Virus record (IMG/VR): IMGVR_UViG_3300047469_000103
Location: 64,001 to 128,000 of that record
Direction: 5' to 3' (one strand)
DNA length: 64,000 nucleotides
Source: a virus
Taxonomy: Duplodnaviria > Caudoviricetes
The translations under genes were made by a program, and so were the position numbers. A model generated the notes under the pieces. That model saw only the letters and a list, made by a program, of their open reading frames with translations. It searched no databases and was not told the DNA's origin. The stretch's first letter is position 1. The number at the start of each line of letters is the position of its first letter. This document shows, one piece after another, positions 10,654-19,471 of this stretch.

Positions 10654-13349
10654 ATCTTTTGAACACGATTGCCCTGCCGAATCAGCATGTCGCGCACGGT
10701 CAAGATTATATTGCGGTTTATGCTGACGGTGTGGTGTCAACGTACCGAAAGAATCGCATTGATAACACAGTTGATTTGCAGCCGGTAACTTATGATGTTG
10801 CCGGTGTGCTGTCTCTTCGCATGAGTCAGAACGGACAAATCATTGCGGTACAAACTGCAACCCAAACAATTCGTTTACAAAATGGCACGCAAACCCCATT
10901 CAACAACATCGGTCGATTTGATATTGCCAACACTGGGCATTTGATTATTGTCGATGCTGTGAATGGTGCAGTGCAGGTAATTACCAACTCGACTACGAAT
11001 CTCGCAACTACCGTCACTGACGACGACCGCGTGGTTTGTGGCCGACAAGGTTACATGGTTTACAACACGGCGCGGACTCTGCTCGGTGCGAAATTCGCTG
11101 ACGTAACTTTTACCAACACACCGGCTGCAAAAGAAATCGTTCATTGCCTGCACGTGAAAGACGATAAATATGCAATCTTTTACAAAGACGGCACCGCAAC
11201 TTATGACGGCATTACGCGTACAGTTGCTGGCCCGAACGCGGGTTTCCGTGAAGCTGGTTCGCATCTGTTGTCTACGGATTACAAACAGGATTTCTACACG
11301 TCGCGATTTAACCCGCTGTCGGATGCGAAATCTTTGCGCACATTTAAATGGCTGTTTCCGCCCCTCGCCTCTGCTGCACAATGGGCTGCCTTGAAATTGA
11401 TGGCTACCGGTAACGCAATTACTACCGGGTTTGATTCGAAAAACGCATTGGCAGTTGTTAACAGCGGTGGTATGACGGTTGTGCCGGATGCTCCTTTCGG
11501 GGGCAACGGTAATTCGTTGAATTTCGATGGCAGCACTTCACTTCTGCAAACTGCTGACAGTGCAAATATTCAATTAGGCGGCGCGGATTTCACAATTGAA
11601 CTCTTTGTTAAAATCGCTTCCGGCGCCACGGGTGTTATTACCGTGCTTAACAAAGGCGGAGGTCTAAACGTTTCGTGGTCTAGTTTTATTCTTCAGGCAA
11701 TTACTGCAACAAAATCGTTTTGTTTTGCTGCGTCTACTTCCAATACGAAATACGAAGTCGGTAGTACGGACGGCGTAGGAGCGTGGGGCAGTTTTGAATA
11801 CGACACGTGGACGCATATTGCAATCACGCGAAAAGTAAACGTGTGGCGCTGTTTCCAAGACGGTAAACTGCAAGCGAAATATAACGTCGCGGGTTCGGTG
11901 TTTGCGAATAGCGGACGCGGACTTTCAATCGGCCACAGTCGGCAGAACGATTTTAATAGTGGCACTGTGTATGGTCGTCTGCAAGGGCGACTGCACGCAC
12001 TGGCAATTCACAATTACGCAAAATACACGTCTAATTTCGTGGTCGATACGATTCCATTGGCGCTTGATACTCGCGTGCCACCGGCCACACTTTCGGCGCT
12101 CACATGGATGCAAATGAGCTTTGCTGGCGGCACAGCTTTAGAAGAAGTGAGCGGCACCGTTATGCCACTTGCTGCAACTGCGTCTATCACAAATAATAAA
12201 CTGGTAAATACCGATGCGACCGTAACTGTAATGGATAAACTGACACCGGTTTATTTCAACGCAGTGGAAGATTTTAGTATCGAAGGCTGGTTTAATTTCA
12301 GCAGCGTCGATCCTGCTTTTGCCGCTACAATTTTGTGTGTCGATGCCAGCAACGGTGATGCAGACAGATCGTTCAACTTGAACGTTTATCCAACGGGAAA
12401 CACAGCAGGTTTTATTCTGTCTGCGAATGGAACCACTGGCGGATATTCGCTTAATGGCACCTATGCTTTCCAAGCAAATACTGACCATCATTTGGCTGCG
12501 TGCCGTGTAGGCGGTGTGCTTACCATTTATCTGGATGGTGTGTCTATTTATGCTGGTGCAAATAACACGGCCAGTTTTAAATCCACACAATTCCTGAATG
12601 TTCGTCGTGGTGCAATCGGTAAGCGCTGGGGATTACGGGTTGTGCGCGGTGCGTCTGCGTACAGTGCAGCGTTTACGCCGCCTGTTTCGTTGCCGCCTTT
12701 GTTGGCAAACAATTACGCGCCTGCTGTGCAATCCGACGTTATTTTTCAAACGTGTTTCCGTGGCAATAGCCTGAATGACGAAGTGACAAGTTCGCCACTC
12801 ACTTTATCGGGCGCGGGTATTACCGCTGCTGAAGGCCGCTTGAAAATATCGCAAACCGGTTCAACGTCGCGCTTCGAAAAATTCATTCCGTATTTCGGTG
12901 CGGGCGATTACACAATCGAAGTTTTGCTGCGCGTAGTCAGCACAGCAGCCAACGAAAACTGCATCATGGGGCAGTACGTTAACCCCGGCCAAAACAATAG
13001 CTGGTTGATGTGGTACAGCGCGGGAATGGGTTTTATTTTCTATTCCAATTCCACGGCTGGCGGATTGGTTGGGTTGACTGCTACAAAAACACTTCCGGTT
13101 AATACCGATGTGCATTTGGTAATCGAAAAGTACAATAACGTGCTGACGATTTACATGGATGGTGTCGCGTGCGGTACGGTTGCAAATACGCAGCCTCTAT
13201 CGGATAACAGTGCAACCATTCCAGTACGAAATTGGTGGGGCGATAACTCCATGAGCAACAACATGTTGATTAAATACATTCGCATTGCAAAACGCGCAAT
13301 GTATCAGGGTGCAGTAACTACCAAAGCCGTGTTGCCGCGCATTGTGTGA
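10650..13349 (+). CDS. Tail fibre/adhesin with three LamG (concanavalin A-like) domains
   Basis: 899 aa; three repeats of 'DFTIE.F/W...W.H.A..R....LTIY.DG' typical of LamG-like domains; ATGA overlap with the upstream gene. Confidence 0.75.
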   Translation: MNLLNTIALPNQHVAHGQDYIAVYADGVVSTYRKNRIDNTVDLQPVTYDVAGVLSLRMSQNGQIIAVQTATQTIRLQNGTQTPFNNIGRFDIANTGHLIIVDAVNGAVQVITNSTTNLATTVTDDDRVVCGRQGYMVYNTARTLLGAKFADVTFTNTPAAKEIVHCLHVKDDKYAIFYKDGTATYDGITRTVAGPNAGFREAGSHLLSTDYKQDFYTSRFNPLSDAKSLRTFKWLFPPLASAAQWAALKLMATGNAITTGFDSKNALAVVNSGGMTVVPDAPFGGNGNSLNFDGSTSLLQTADSANIQLGGADFTIELFVKIASGATGVITVLNKGGGLNVSWSSFILQAITATKSFCFAASTSNTKYEVGSTDGVGAWGSFEYDTWTHIAITRKVNVWRCFQDGKLQAKYNVAGSVFANSGRGLSIGHSRQNDFNSGTVYGRLQGRLHALAIHNYAKYTSNFVVDTIPLALDTRVPPATLSALTWMQMSFAGGTALEEVSGTVMPLAATASITNNKLVNTDATVTVMDKLTPVYFNAVEDFSIEGWFNFSSVDPAFAATILCVDASNGDADRSFNLNVYPTGNTAGFILSANGTTGGYSLNGTYAFQANTDHHLAACRVGGVLTIYLDGVSIYAGANNTASFKSTQFLNVRRGAIGKRWGLRVVRGASAYSAAFTPPVSLPPLLANNYAPAVQSDVIFQTCFRGNSLNDEVTSSPLTLSGAGITAAEGRLKISQTGSTSRFEKFIPYFGAGDYTIEVLLRVVSTAANENCIMGQYVNPGQNNSWLMWYSAGMGFIFYSNSTAGGLVGLTATKTLPVNTDVHLVIEKYNNVLTIYMDGVACGTVANTQPLSDNSATIPVRNWWGDNSMSNNMLIKYIRIAKRAMYQGAVTTKAVLPRIV

Positions 13350-13395
13350 TGGCACCGGGTTTACCAATGATGGCACATTGATATTGCAGGGAATT

Positions 13396-13420
13396 AAGGG
13401 GCGTTCATTCGCCCCTTTTT
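13396..13420 (+). terminator. Intrinsic terminator
   Basis: AAGGGGCG-ttcatt-CGCCCC followed by TTTTT. Confidence 0.8.
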
Positions 13421-13439
13421 CTTTAATGGAGACGGTTAA

Positions 13440-14192
13440 ATGCGAGCGATATTATTTACCATAATTTATATGTATAGCTTGTCAGTTTCGGCTGCCGATT
13501 TGTTCGTTCAATCCCGTGCTGTTACGGATTTGTACGGGGATGTTTACCTGCATAAATTGAATGCGCAAAACGTGATTTATCTGGAAAGACAAGCGAGACA
13601 GGCGGACGTGACTCACTCGGTTGGCGTGTATGCGAAAGCGCACGATTACACCAACATAACTCTGCTTGGACAATACCACTCAATTAACGCCACTCGGCAT
13701 GTCCCAATCCTGACGCAATTCACGTTACCGGAATTCATGAAAGATAAACCGGTTTACGTTTTGTCAGGTAAGACAAAAATGGAAGAAGAAAGAAAAGCGG
13801 TCATTGCGAAGACTGTGAAAATCTCGAAAGAATACGAAGTTACTTCGGATTACAATCTGAGAAAAGCACTTGTCGATTTGCGAGGTCAGCCTGATGGCTT
13901 CGTGATTATCAATGTATTCTCCGTCAAGGATAACTGGGGAGAAAAACGCTCTTATATGTCGATTGAAGAAGTCGTGACGACATACAAAACAGGTCACGTT
14001 GATGTTGGCATATGTTATCCCGGTTTCAAAACCGCTTTAGCAATTGGCCCGACCATTGATGATGTTGATTTAGTTTTAAAAGGTGAGAGTTCAAAAAGCC
14101 TGTGTGCGTCTCTTGAGCGGTTGCGTCGAATGGGTCGTGTCGAACTATACTCGCAGTCGTCAGGGAAATTTTATCGTGTTAAGCCAGACTAA
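13440..14192 (+). CDS. Secreted/periplasmic protein (possible solute-binding-like alpha/beta fold)
   Basis: 250 aa; Sec-type signal MRAILFTIIYMYSLSVSA|AD; GGAG RBS. Confidence 0.55.
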   Translation: MRAILFTIIYMYSLSVSAADLFVQSRAVTDLYGDVYLHKLNAQNVIYLERQARQADVTHSVGVYAKAHDYTNITLLGQYHSINATRHVPILTQFTLPEFMKDKPVYVLSGKTKMEEERKAVIAKTVKISKEYEVTSDYNLRKALVDLRGQPDGFVIINVFSVKDNWGEKRSYMSIEEVVTTYKTGHVDVGICYPGFKTALAIGPTIDDVDLVLKGESSKSLCASLERLRRMGRVELYSQSSGKFYRVKPD

Positions 14193-14457
14193 GATTAGCC
14201 GAGTATTATTACTCATTTTGTTCTTGGGTGTTTGCTACGCGTTTTATATTAGCGGCGCGACTTCCCATGAACCTGATCCCGTTGTACGTGAATCGTATGA
14301 ATGTGTATCAAGGATGTGCAGTGAACTTCCGGGGGCGGGAACCGCTTGCATTATACAAAAACCTAGAATAACAAAAATCGTCGTCAGTGATGAAGACGGG
14401 GCGAAAACTGTACGTTTTACACCAACCAATGATAGGTGCGCCAATGGGAGCGATTGA
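14176..14457 (+). CDS. Bitopic membrane protein with Cys-rich periplasmic domain
   Basis: GTG start at 14176 (AGGG upstream); TM 'VLLLILFLGVCYAFYIS'; four Cys in the C-domain. Confidence 0.5.
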   Translation: MLSQTKISRVLLLILFLGVCYAFYISGATSHEPDPVVRESYECVSRMCSELPGAGTACIIQKPRITKIVVSDEDGAKTVRFTPTNDRCANGSD

Positions 14458-14929
14458 CCTTCTTTACTCAAGTCCGATCCCGGTTATATTGGCAATGGGC
14501 CTTAACGCGTTCTTAATGGCGGGTTATTGGTTCTTCGTCTTTCCGATGATGGACGAGTTAAAGGCGTTGCGAAAGCGCAGCGCAGAATTCGATGCAAACT
14601 ATTTACAAAGTGCTGATGCTATTAAACAAATGAGCCAGATTCTCGAAGAAATTCGCGAAGCTGTTGAACGCCCCGTCAGCAATCAGGATGTTAACGCCGT
14701 CGTGGCGGTCTGCGAAAACATCATGGTGTCTATCAACGATATCCGTGTAAATCTTGGCAAAGATAATCCGCGTGAACGTGCAGAGCTTTTGAATCAAGTC
14801 GATAACATCGAAAGAAATTCCGAACGCATTCTCCGCACAATCTCCGAAGTTAGTGAAAAGCAGAGCCAAGTGACGGGTCTTATTCTCGGGATTAACATGC
14901 AGCGCGGTACGCCGCCGCGAGGCGTTTGA
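14444..14929 (+). CDS. Membrane-anchored coiled-coil protein
   Basis: ATG 14444 (AGGTG upstream); TM 'IPVILAMGLNAFLMAGYWFFVF' followed by heptad-rich helices. Confidence 0.6.
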   Translation: MGAIDLLYSSPIPVILAMGLNAFLMAGYWFFVFPMMDELKALRKRSAEFDANYLQSADAIKQMSQILEEIREAVERPVSNQDVNAVVAVCENIMVSINDIRVNLGKDNPRERAELLNQVDNIERNSERILRTISEVSEKQSQVTGLILGINMQRGTPPRGV

Positions 14930-14936
14930 GGTTCTC

Positions 14937-15728
14937 ATGGCATTCGTTCCTAACAATATTCGATTCCGTGCAGTGAGTGCTTGTTCACTTGAGCATTTCT
15001 ACAGCACAAAAGCATATATCCTCGACGTGGTTTTAATGGAGCGAAACCAGTTCAGCGAGACTGCGCGGGAAACCCTGCTACTGCTGTTCAATTCTTACAG
15101 TAGCTGGGCAACCCGCATCGAATATCTCTTTTTGAATAATCACGTGCTGACTCAAAAGGAGATTGAGGAAACTCTCGCAGAAGACGACAAGGTTCAATCG
15201 GAACATTTGGAAATTTTCGAATTGTACACCGATTTGTTCACGCCCCAGTTTATTGAAGCGTGGTACACCGTGAATGTCCATACGCGCAATGCGTTCCGGG
15301 CAATCATCCGCAGCACCGAAGGCCAATCGCACTTAGAAGCGTATCCGATCATAATGGCTGCCCTGAGTGCAAGTCTTCAAAATTGCATGTACGAATTGTA
15401 TGAAATTGATTGCTTGTTTGGTGGTGATTTTGTCCAAGACCAATGCTCCACCAATCGAAGCAATAGCAACCGTATGCTTTTGTATGTAGATAACTTCGCG
15501 CTCGATTATTATTTCCGCTCGGGAATTTTCATGTGCGAAGAACGGATTAAATACTACAACACAATTGCATGCCGTCGTCTTCCTACCCTCGTGAAAAATT
15601 ATTCCACCAGCAACGTTTCTTATTCTGGTGTGATCGAAGGGGATGAACCGCTGGCTACCCTTCTGAAGAGGTGTGCCGAACACGTCGATATTATTGATAT
15701 TGTTTTGCCCACTCCAGCTACTTGTTAA
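14937..15728 (+). CDS. Hypothetical protein (alpha-helical, cytoplasmic)
   Basis: 263-aa ORF with GAGG RBS. Confidence 0.6.
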   Translation: MAFVPNNIRFRAVSACSLEHFYSTKAYILDVVLMERNQFSETARETLLLLFNSYSSWATRIEYLFLNNHVLTQKEIEETLAEDDKVQSEHLEIFELYTDLFTPQFIEAWYTVNVHTRNAFRAIIRSTEGQSHLEAYPIIMAALSASLQNCMYELYEIDCLFGGDFVQDQCSTNRSNSNRMLLYVDNFALDYYFRSGIFMCEERIKYYNTIACRRLPTLVKNYSTSNVSYSGVIEGDEPLATLLKRCAEHVDIIDIVLPTPATC

Positions 15729-15743
15729 AAGAGGATTTTCAGC

Positions 15744-18464
15744 ATGGCAGAAGTAAACGGCAACCTGTTGGTAAAAGGCCAACATTTGAATTTGAAACCA
15801 GAATCTCTGAGCGCTGATCCGCTCGTAGGTTCGTTGGGCACTGACGCCCGCCTGTGGTTTAACAACACTGAAAAAGCACTGAAACTTTTCGACGGCGATG
15901 CAATTATCGCTTTGGGTGCTGGCGGTGGTGAGGGTGGCGTTTCTGCTGGTGATGTAACTACCGCGATTAATACCGCGTTGGCAAACTATTACACCGAAGC
16001 AGAAACCGCCACTGCAATTGCTGATGCAGTCGCACCACTCGCAACAACTGCAAACGTAAACACTGCAATTGCAACCGCAGTTGATAACGCTTTGGCTGGT
16101 CTGGATTTCCAAGCCGATGTTCTCGGTTTTGATACCGACTTTGCTGGCGTTGCCGGTCGTTATATTTTCCTGACTGGTGCAGGCTGGACTAACACTGCTG
16201 CCGGTGCTGCTGGTGACATTGTTGAAGTAAGCGCGGGCGGTTTAATGACTGCACTTGTTTACGATGTTTCCGCAAAAGGGCCGGGCGCTCTGACGTGGAA
16301 TCGTGATACAGGTTCGTGGCTGCGTTGGGATGGCACAAGCTGGGCAGAATTCGGCGGCCTTTCCGGTTTTACCGCTGGTAATGGTTTGTCGCAAAGTGGC
16401 GATACTGTTTCCGTAAAACTCGACGGTGCTTCTTTGACTGTCGGTGTAAACGGTTTGAAAGTTGGCGATCTTTCCGCAACTTACGTTACGCCTGCTGCAC
16501 TGGGTACAACTGTTGACGATGCTGTTGCAGCCGCCGTTCCTGCTGCTGTTGCTGACGTTGTTACTTCTTCGGGTCTGGTAAATACTACAGGTCTGAATAA
16601 CGCAATCGACAACGCTTTGACTGGATTGGATTTCCAAGCGGATGTAATCGCAATGGAAACCAGTTTTAACTCTGCGTTCCCCGGTCGTTATATTTACACC
16701 GACGGTTTTACACTGACTGGCGGCGCTGCACTCGGCGTAGAAAATGGCGACATTGTTGATGTAAACGCTGGCGGTGCAATTACTGCAATCGCTTACGATG
16801 TTTCTGTCGCTGGCCCCGGTGCGTTGGCTTGGAACCGCGCAGGTGCTGCGTGGATGCGTTGGGACGGAATTGACTGGGCTGTTTTCGGCGGTCTGACTGG
16901 CGTAACTGCTGGTGACGGTATCGAAAAAGACGGCGATATTGTCAGCGTAAAAGCCGGTAACTCTTCGATCATTGTTGACGTTGCTGGCGTAAAAGTTGGT
17001 GATCTTTCTGCCACTTACGTTACTGTTGCTTCGCTCGGTTCGCAAATTGATACCGCTGTCGGTGATGCACTCACGACCGAATTGGCTCCGTATGCAAAAA
17101 CTGCGGATGTTGCTACCGATTTGGCAACTGCGCTGACTCCGTATGCAAAAAGTGCAGATGTTACTTCGGAAATTGCTACTGCCGTAACTGGTCTGGCAAC
17201 AACTGCAAACGTAAATACTGCAATTGATGCAGCTTTGGCCGGTCTGGATTTCCAAGCCGACGTTTTGGGTCGCGAAGCTGATTTCGCTGGCGTTGCCGGT
17301 CGCTACATTATCACCGATGGTTTTTCTGGCCTGACTGCCGTTGCAAGTAATACCAACGACATTATAACCGTTGATGCTACTGGTTTGGAAATTTCGGTTG
17401 ATTACGACGTTTCTGCACAAGGGCCGGGCGCGTTGGTTTGGAGCCGTGCCGCTGCAATGTGGCTGCGTTGGAACGGTACAAACTGGGCTGAATTCGGTGG
17501 CCTGTCTGGCGTTACTGCCGGTAATGGTATCGAAACAAATGGTGCAGAAGTTTCGGTAAAAGCTGGTAACTCTTCGATTATCGTCGATGGCACTGGTGTA
17601 AAAGTTGGTGATTTGTCGGCCACTTATGTGACTCCGGCTGCCCTGACTACCGCGTTGGATACTGCGCTTACCGGCGACATTTCCGATTTGGTAGAAACTG
17701 CAATTACCGACAATTTGGTTCCGTACAAAACCGCTGCACTGACAACTGTAGAAATCACAAACGCAATTGATGGCGCTCTCGCTGGTTTGGATTTCCAAGC
17801 TGACGTGCGCGGTCTGGATACCAACTACGGTGCAGGAAATCCGGGTCGTTATATCGCTACTCCCGGTACTGCCGGTTTGTCTAACGGTGCTGGCGCTGCT
17901 GTAAACGACATTGTTCTCATTGACGGTGCTGGTAACATTACCGAAATTGTTTACGATGTTTCTGCACAAGGCGCAGGCGCACTCGTTTGGAATACAGCGA
18001 CTTCCACGTGGTTGCGTTGGGACGGTTCGACTTGGGCCGAGTTCGGTGGTCTGCAAGGTTTCACTGCTGGTAACGGTATTGAAAAAACCGGTGATGTTGT
18101 CAGCGTAAAAGCTGCGAACGCCACAATTCTTGTGGATGCCAACGGTGTGCAAGTTGGTGATCTTTCCGCAACCTACGCAACACAGGGCGATTTGACTGCT
18201 GTTGCTGGCGTGGTTAACGACGTACAGGCGCAAGTCGGTGCATCGTTCTACGGTTTCAGTTCCGGTGCAACTTCTGCAACAACTCACACCGTTACGCACA
18301 ACCTGAATTATCAGTGGCCGATTGTGCAAGTGATTGATCCTGTCACCAACAAAGTTATCACTCCCGACAGCATCGAATTCACCAGCGCAAACGAATTGGT
18401 AATTACCCTTGCTGAAGCAGCTACTCTGCGCGCCTCGGTTAGCTGGTTGAATACCACTGCGTAA
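15744..18464 (+). CDS. Repeat-containing fibre/decoration protein (four ~180-200-aa repeats)
   Basis: 906 aa; four copies of 'ALxGLDFQADV...GRYI...YDVS..GPGAL.W...RWDG..WAEFGGL.G.TAG.G...KVGDLSATY'; C-terminal 'HTVTHNLNYQWPIVQV' small beta-domain typical of phage fibres. Confidence 0.75.
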   Translation: MAEVNGNLLVKGQHLNLKPESLSADPLVGSLGTDARLWFNNTEKALKLFDGDAIIALGAGGGEGGVSAGDVTTAINTALANYYTEAETATAIADAVAPLATTANVNTAIATAVDNALAGLDFQADVLGFDTDFAGVAGRYIFLTGAGWTNTAAGAAGDIVEVSAGGLMTALVYDVSAKGPGALTWNRDTGSWLRWDGTSWAEFGGLSGFTAGNGLSQSGDTVSVKLDGASLTVGVNGLKVGDLSATYVTPAALGTTVDDAVAAAVPAAVADVVTSSGLVNTTGLNNAIDNALTGLDFQADVIAMETSFNSAFPGRYIYTDGFTLTGGAALGVENGDIVDVNAGGAITAIAYDVSVAGPGALAWNRAGAAWMRWDGIDWAVFGGLTGVTAGDGIEKDGDIVSVKAGNSSIIVDVAGVKVGDLSATYVTVASLGSQIDTAVGDALTTELAPYAKTADVATDLATALTPYAKSADVTSEIATAVTGLATTANVNTAIDAALAGLDFQADVLGREADFAGVAGRYIITDGFSGLTAVASNTNDIITVDATGLEISVDYDVSAQGPGALVWSRAAAMWLRWNGTNWAEFGGLSGVTAGNGIETNGAEVSVKAGNSSIIVDGTGVKVGDLSATYVTPAALTTALDTALTGDISDLVETAITDNLVPYKTAALTTVEITNAIDGALAGLDFQADVRGLDTNYGAGNPGRYIATPGTAGLSNGAGAAVNDIVLIDGAGNITEIVYDVSAQGAGALVWNTATSTWLRWDGSTWAEFGGLQGFTAGNGIEKTGDVVSVKAANATILVDANGVQVGDLSATYATQGDLTAVAGVVNDVQAQVGASFYGFSSGATSATTHTVTHNLNYQWPIVQVIDPVTNKVITPDSIEFTSANELVITLAEAATLRASVSWLNTTA
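16089..18180 (+). repeat. Four diverged intragenic tandem repeats (period ~525-620 nt)
   Basis: Each unit has the core 'GGATTTCCAAGC' in a conserved 'LDFQAD' motif; units start near 16089, 16614, 17232 and 17774. Confidence 0.85.
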
Positions 18465-18483
18465 TATCACGCAATAAAAGGAC

Positions 18484-18507
18484 GGGGGCCATGTGCCCCC
18501 TTTCTTT
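18484..18507 (+). terminator. Probable intrinsic terminator
   Basis: GGGGGC-catgt-GCCCCC followed by TTTCTTT, after the stop at 18464. Confidence 0.6.
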
Positions 18508-18526
18508 GGTTTAAAATGGGGGATTT

Positions 18527-18688
18527 ATGCTTGTACTAATTGATGCAAAACCAGTTACAGACAAAAAGACTGTACGGAAAATGCAACGCCTCACCAAACG
18601 CAAAATCATGAATCGTCAAGACAGCATCGACGACGAAGATGCAAAGGTAGGCCCGAACCGTGGCAATGAAGCCGTGTTCAACAAGTGA
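18527..18688 (+). CDS. Small basic hypothetical protein (53 aa, below the ORF-track cutoff)
   Basis: GGGGGA RBS; MLVLIDAKPVTDKKTVRKMQRLTKRKIMNRQDSIDDEDAKVGPNRGNEAVFNK*; fills the gap before the lysis genes. Confidence 0.55.
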   Translation: MLVLIDAKPVTDKKTVRKMQRLTKRKIMNRQDSIDDEDAKVGPNRGNEAVFNK

Positions 18689-18695
18689 GATAAAC

Positions 18696-18965
18696 GTGGA
18701 AACAATTAAAAAGTGGGGCATGTGGATTGTTGGCGCGTGCGTTTTTCTTCTGAGTATCATTGCGGTACTCGGGCGCCAGAAAGAAGAGCCGAAAGCTGAT
18801 TCCGGTAATGCAAAAGTTACTGAGCAAGAAGTGGAAAAGGCCAAAGAACAACACGACGAAATTGTCGAGTCACAAAAGGCAGCCGTCGATAAAGTCAACA
18901 CACCTATTCCGCCGAGCAACGCTGCGGACATTGACGCAGCAATCGAGGAATGGAAAAACACGTGA
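18696..18965 (+). CDS. Putative inner-membrane spanin (Rz-like)
   Basis: GTG start; N-terminal TM 'WGMWIVGACVFLLSIIAVLG' then a charged helical/coiled-coil domain; adjacent to holin-like and lipoprotein genes. Confidence 0.5.
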   Translation: METIKKWGMWIVGACVFLLSIIAVLGRQKEEPKADSGNAKVTEQEVEKAKEQHDEIVESQKAAVDKVNTPIPPSNAADIDAAIEEWKNT

Positions 18966-18973
18966 GATAAGTC

Positions 18974-19471
18974 ATGGAATTTTTCGTTAAAGCGATTGAG
19001 AAAGTAATCGAAGTACCACTCGAAGACGCGTTCGGGTTTTTCTTTTGCACCCTTTGCGGTGTGATCGTAAGTTGGATTTTCAAGTGCCGTCGTGAAGGCA
19101 TCAAACTGTCGTCGTACTGGATGGAAAACATCGGAAGTTCGCTGGGTGTTTTCGGTGCGGCTTTCGCAACTTTCATTATCACAATCATTACCGAACCGGG
19201 CGTGGGGAAAATCACCTATCTCGCAATTGGTATGGCTGCGGATTCCATGTTGAATAAACCGCCGTTGCCTGCTGCGATAAAGGTTGCGCTCGACAAAATC
19301 GAGGCGGTACAAAATGCGTCTGATCTTGCTAATCCTGATCCTACTGCTGCCAGCGTGCGCGCAACAAATGAGCAATCAGCCGCCTGCGCCCATGCAGTTG
19401 AACAAATTGGAAAAAACTACACTGTCGGCGTCCCTACCGGACAAACCAATTCCGAAAGCGGTAACGGTTGA
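18974..19471 (+). CDS. Putative holin (2-3 TM)
   Basis: 165 aa; hydrophobic segments AFGFFFCTLCGVIVSWIF, IGSSLGVFGAAFATFIITII and ITYLAIGMAA; lysis-cassette context. Confidence 0.5.
   Translation: MEFFVKAIEKVIEVPLEDAFGFFFCTLCGVIVSWIFKCRREGIKLSSYWMENIGSSLGVFGAAFATFIITIITEPGVGKITYLAIGMAADSMLNKPPLPAAIKVALDKIEAVQNASDLANPDPTAASVRATNEQSAACAHAVEQIGKNYTVGVPTGQTNSESGNG

Noticed and set aside
16089-18180. Repeats as a CRISPR array or DGR template/variable repeats
   Set aside because: The units are long, in-frame coding and synonymously diverged. There are no identical 25-45-nt repeats with spacers, no adenine-specific variation and no reverse transcriptase.
16242-18470. 742-aa minus-strand ORF
   Set aside because: It is an antisense shadow of the 906-aa repeat gene, arising from its codon bias. 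It has an atypical Ser/Asn/Cys composition and no RBS or context.
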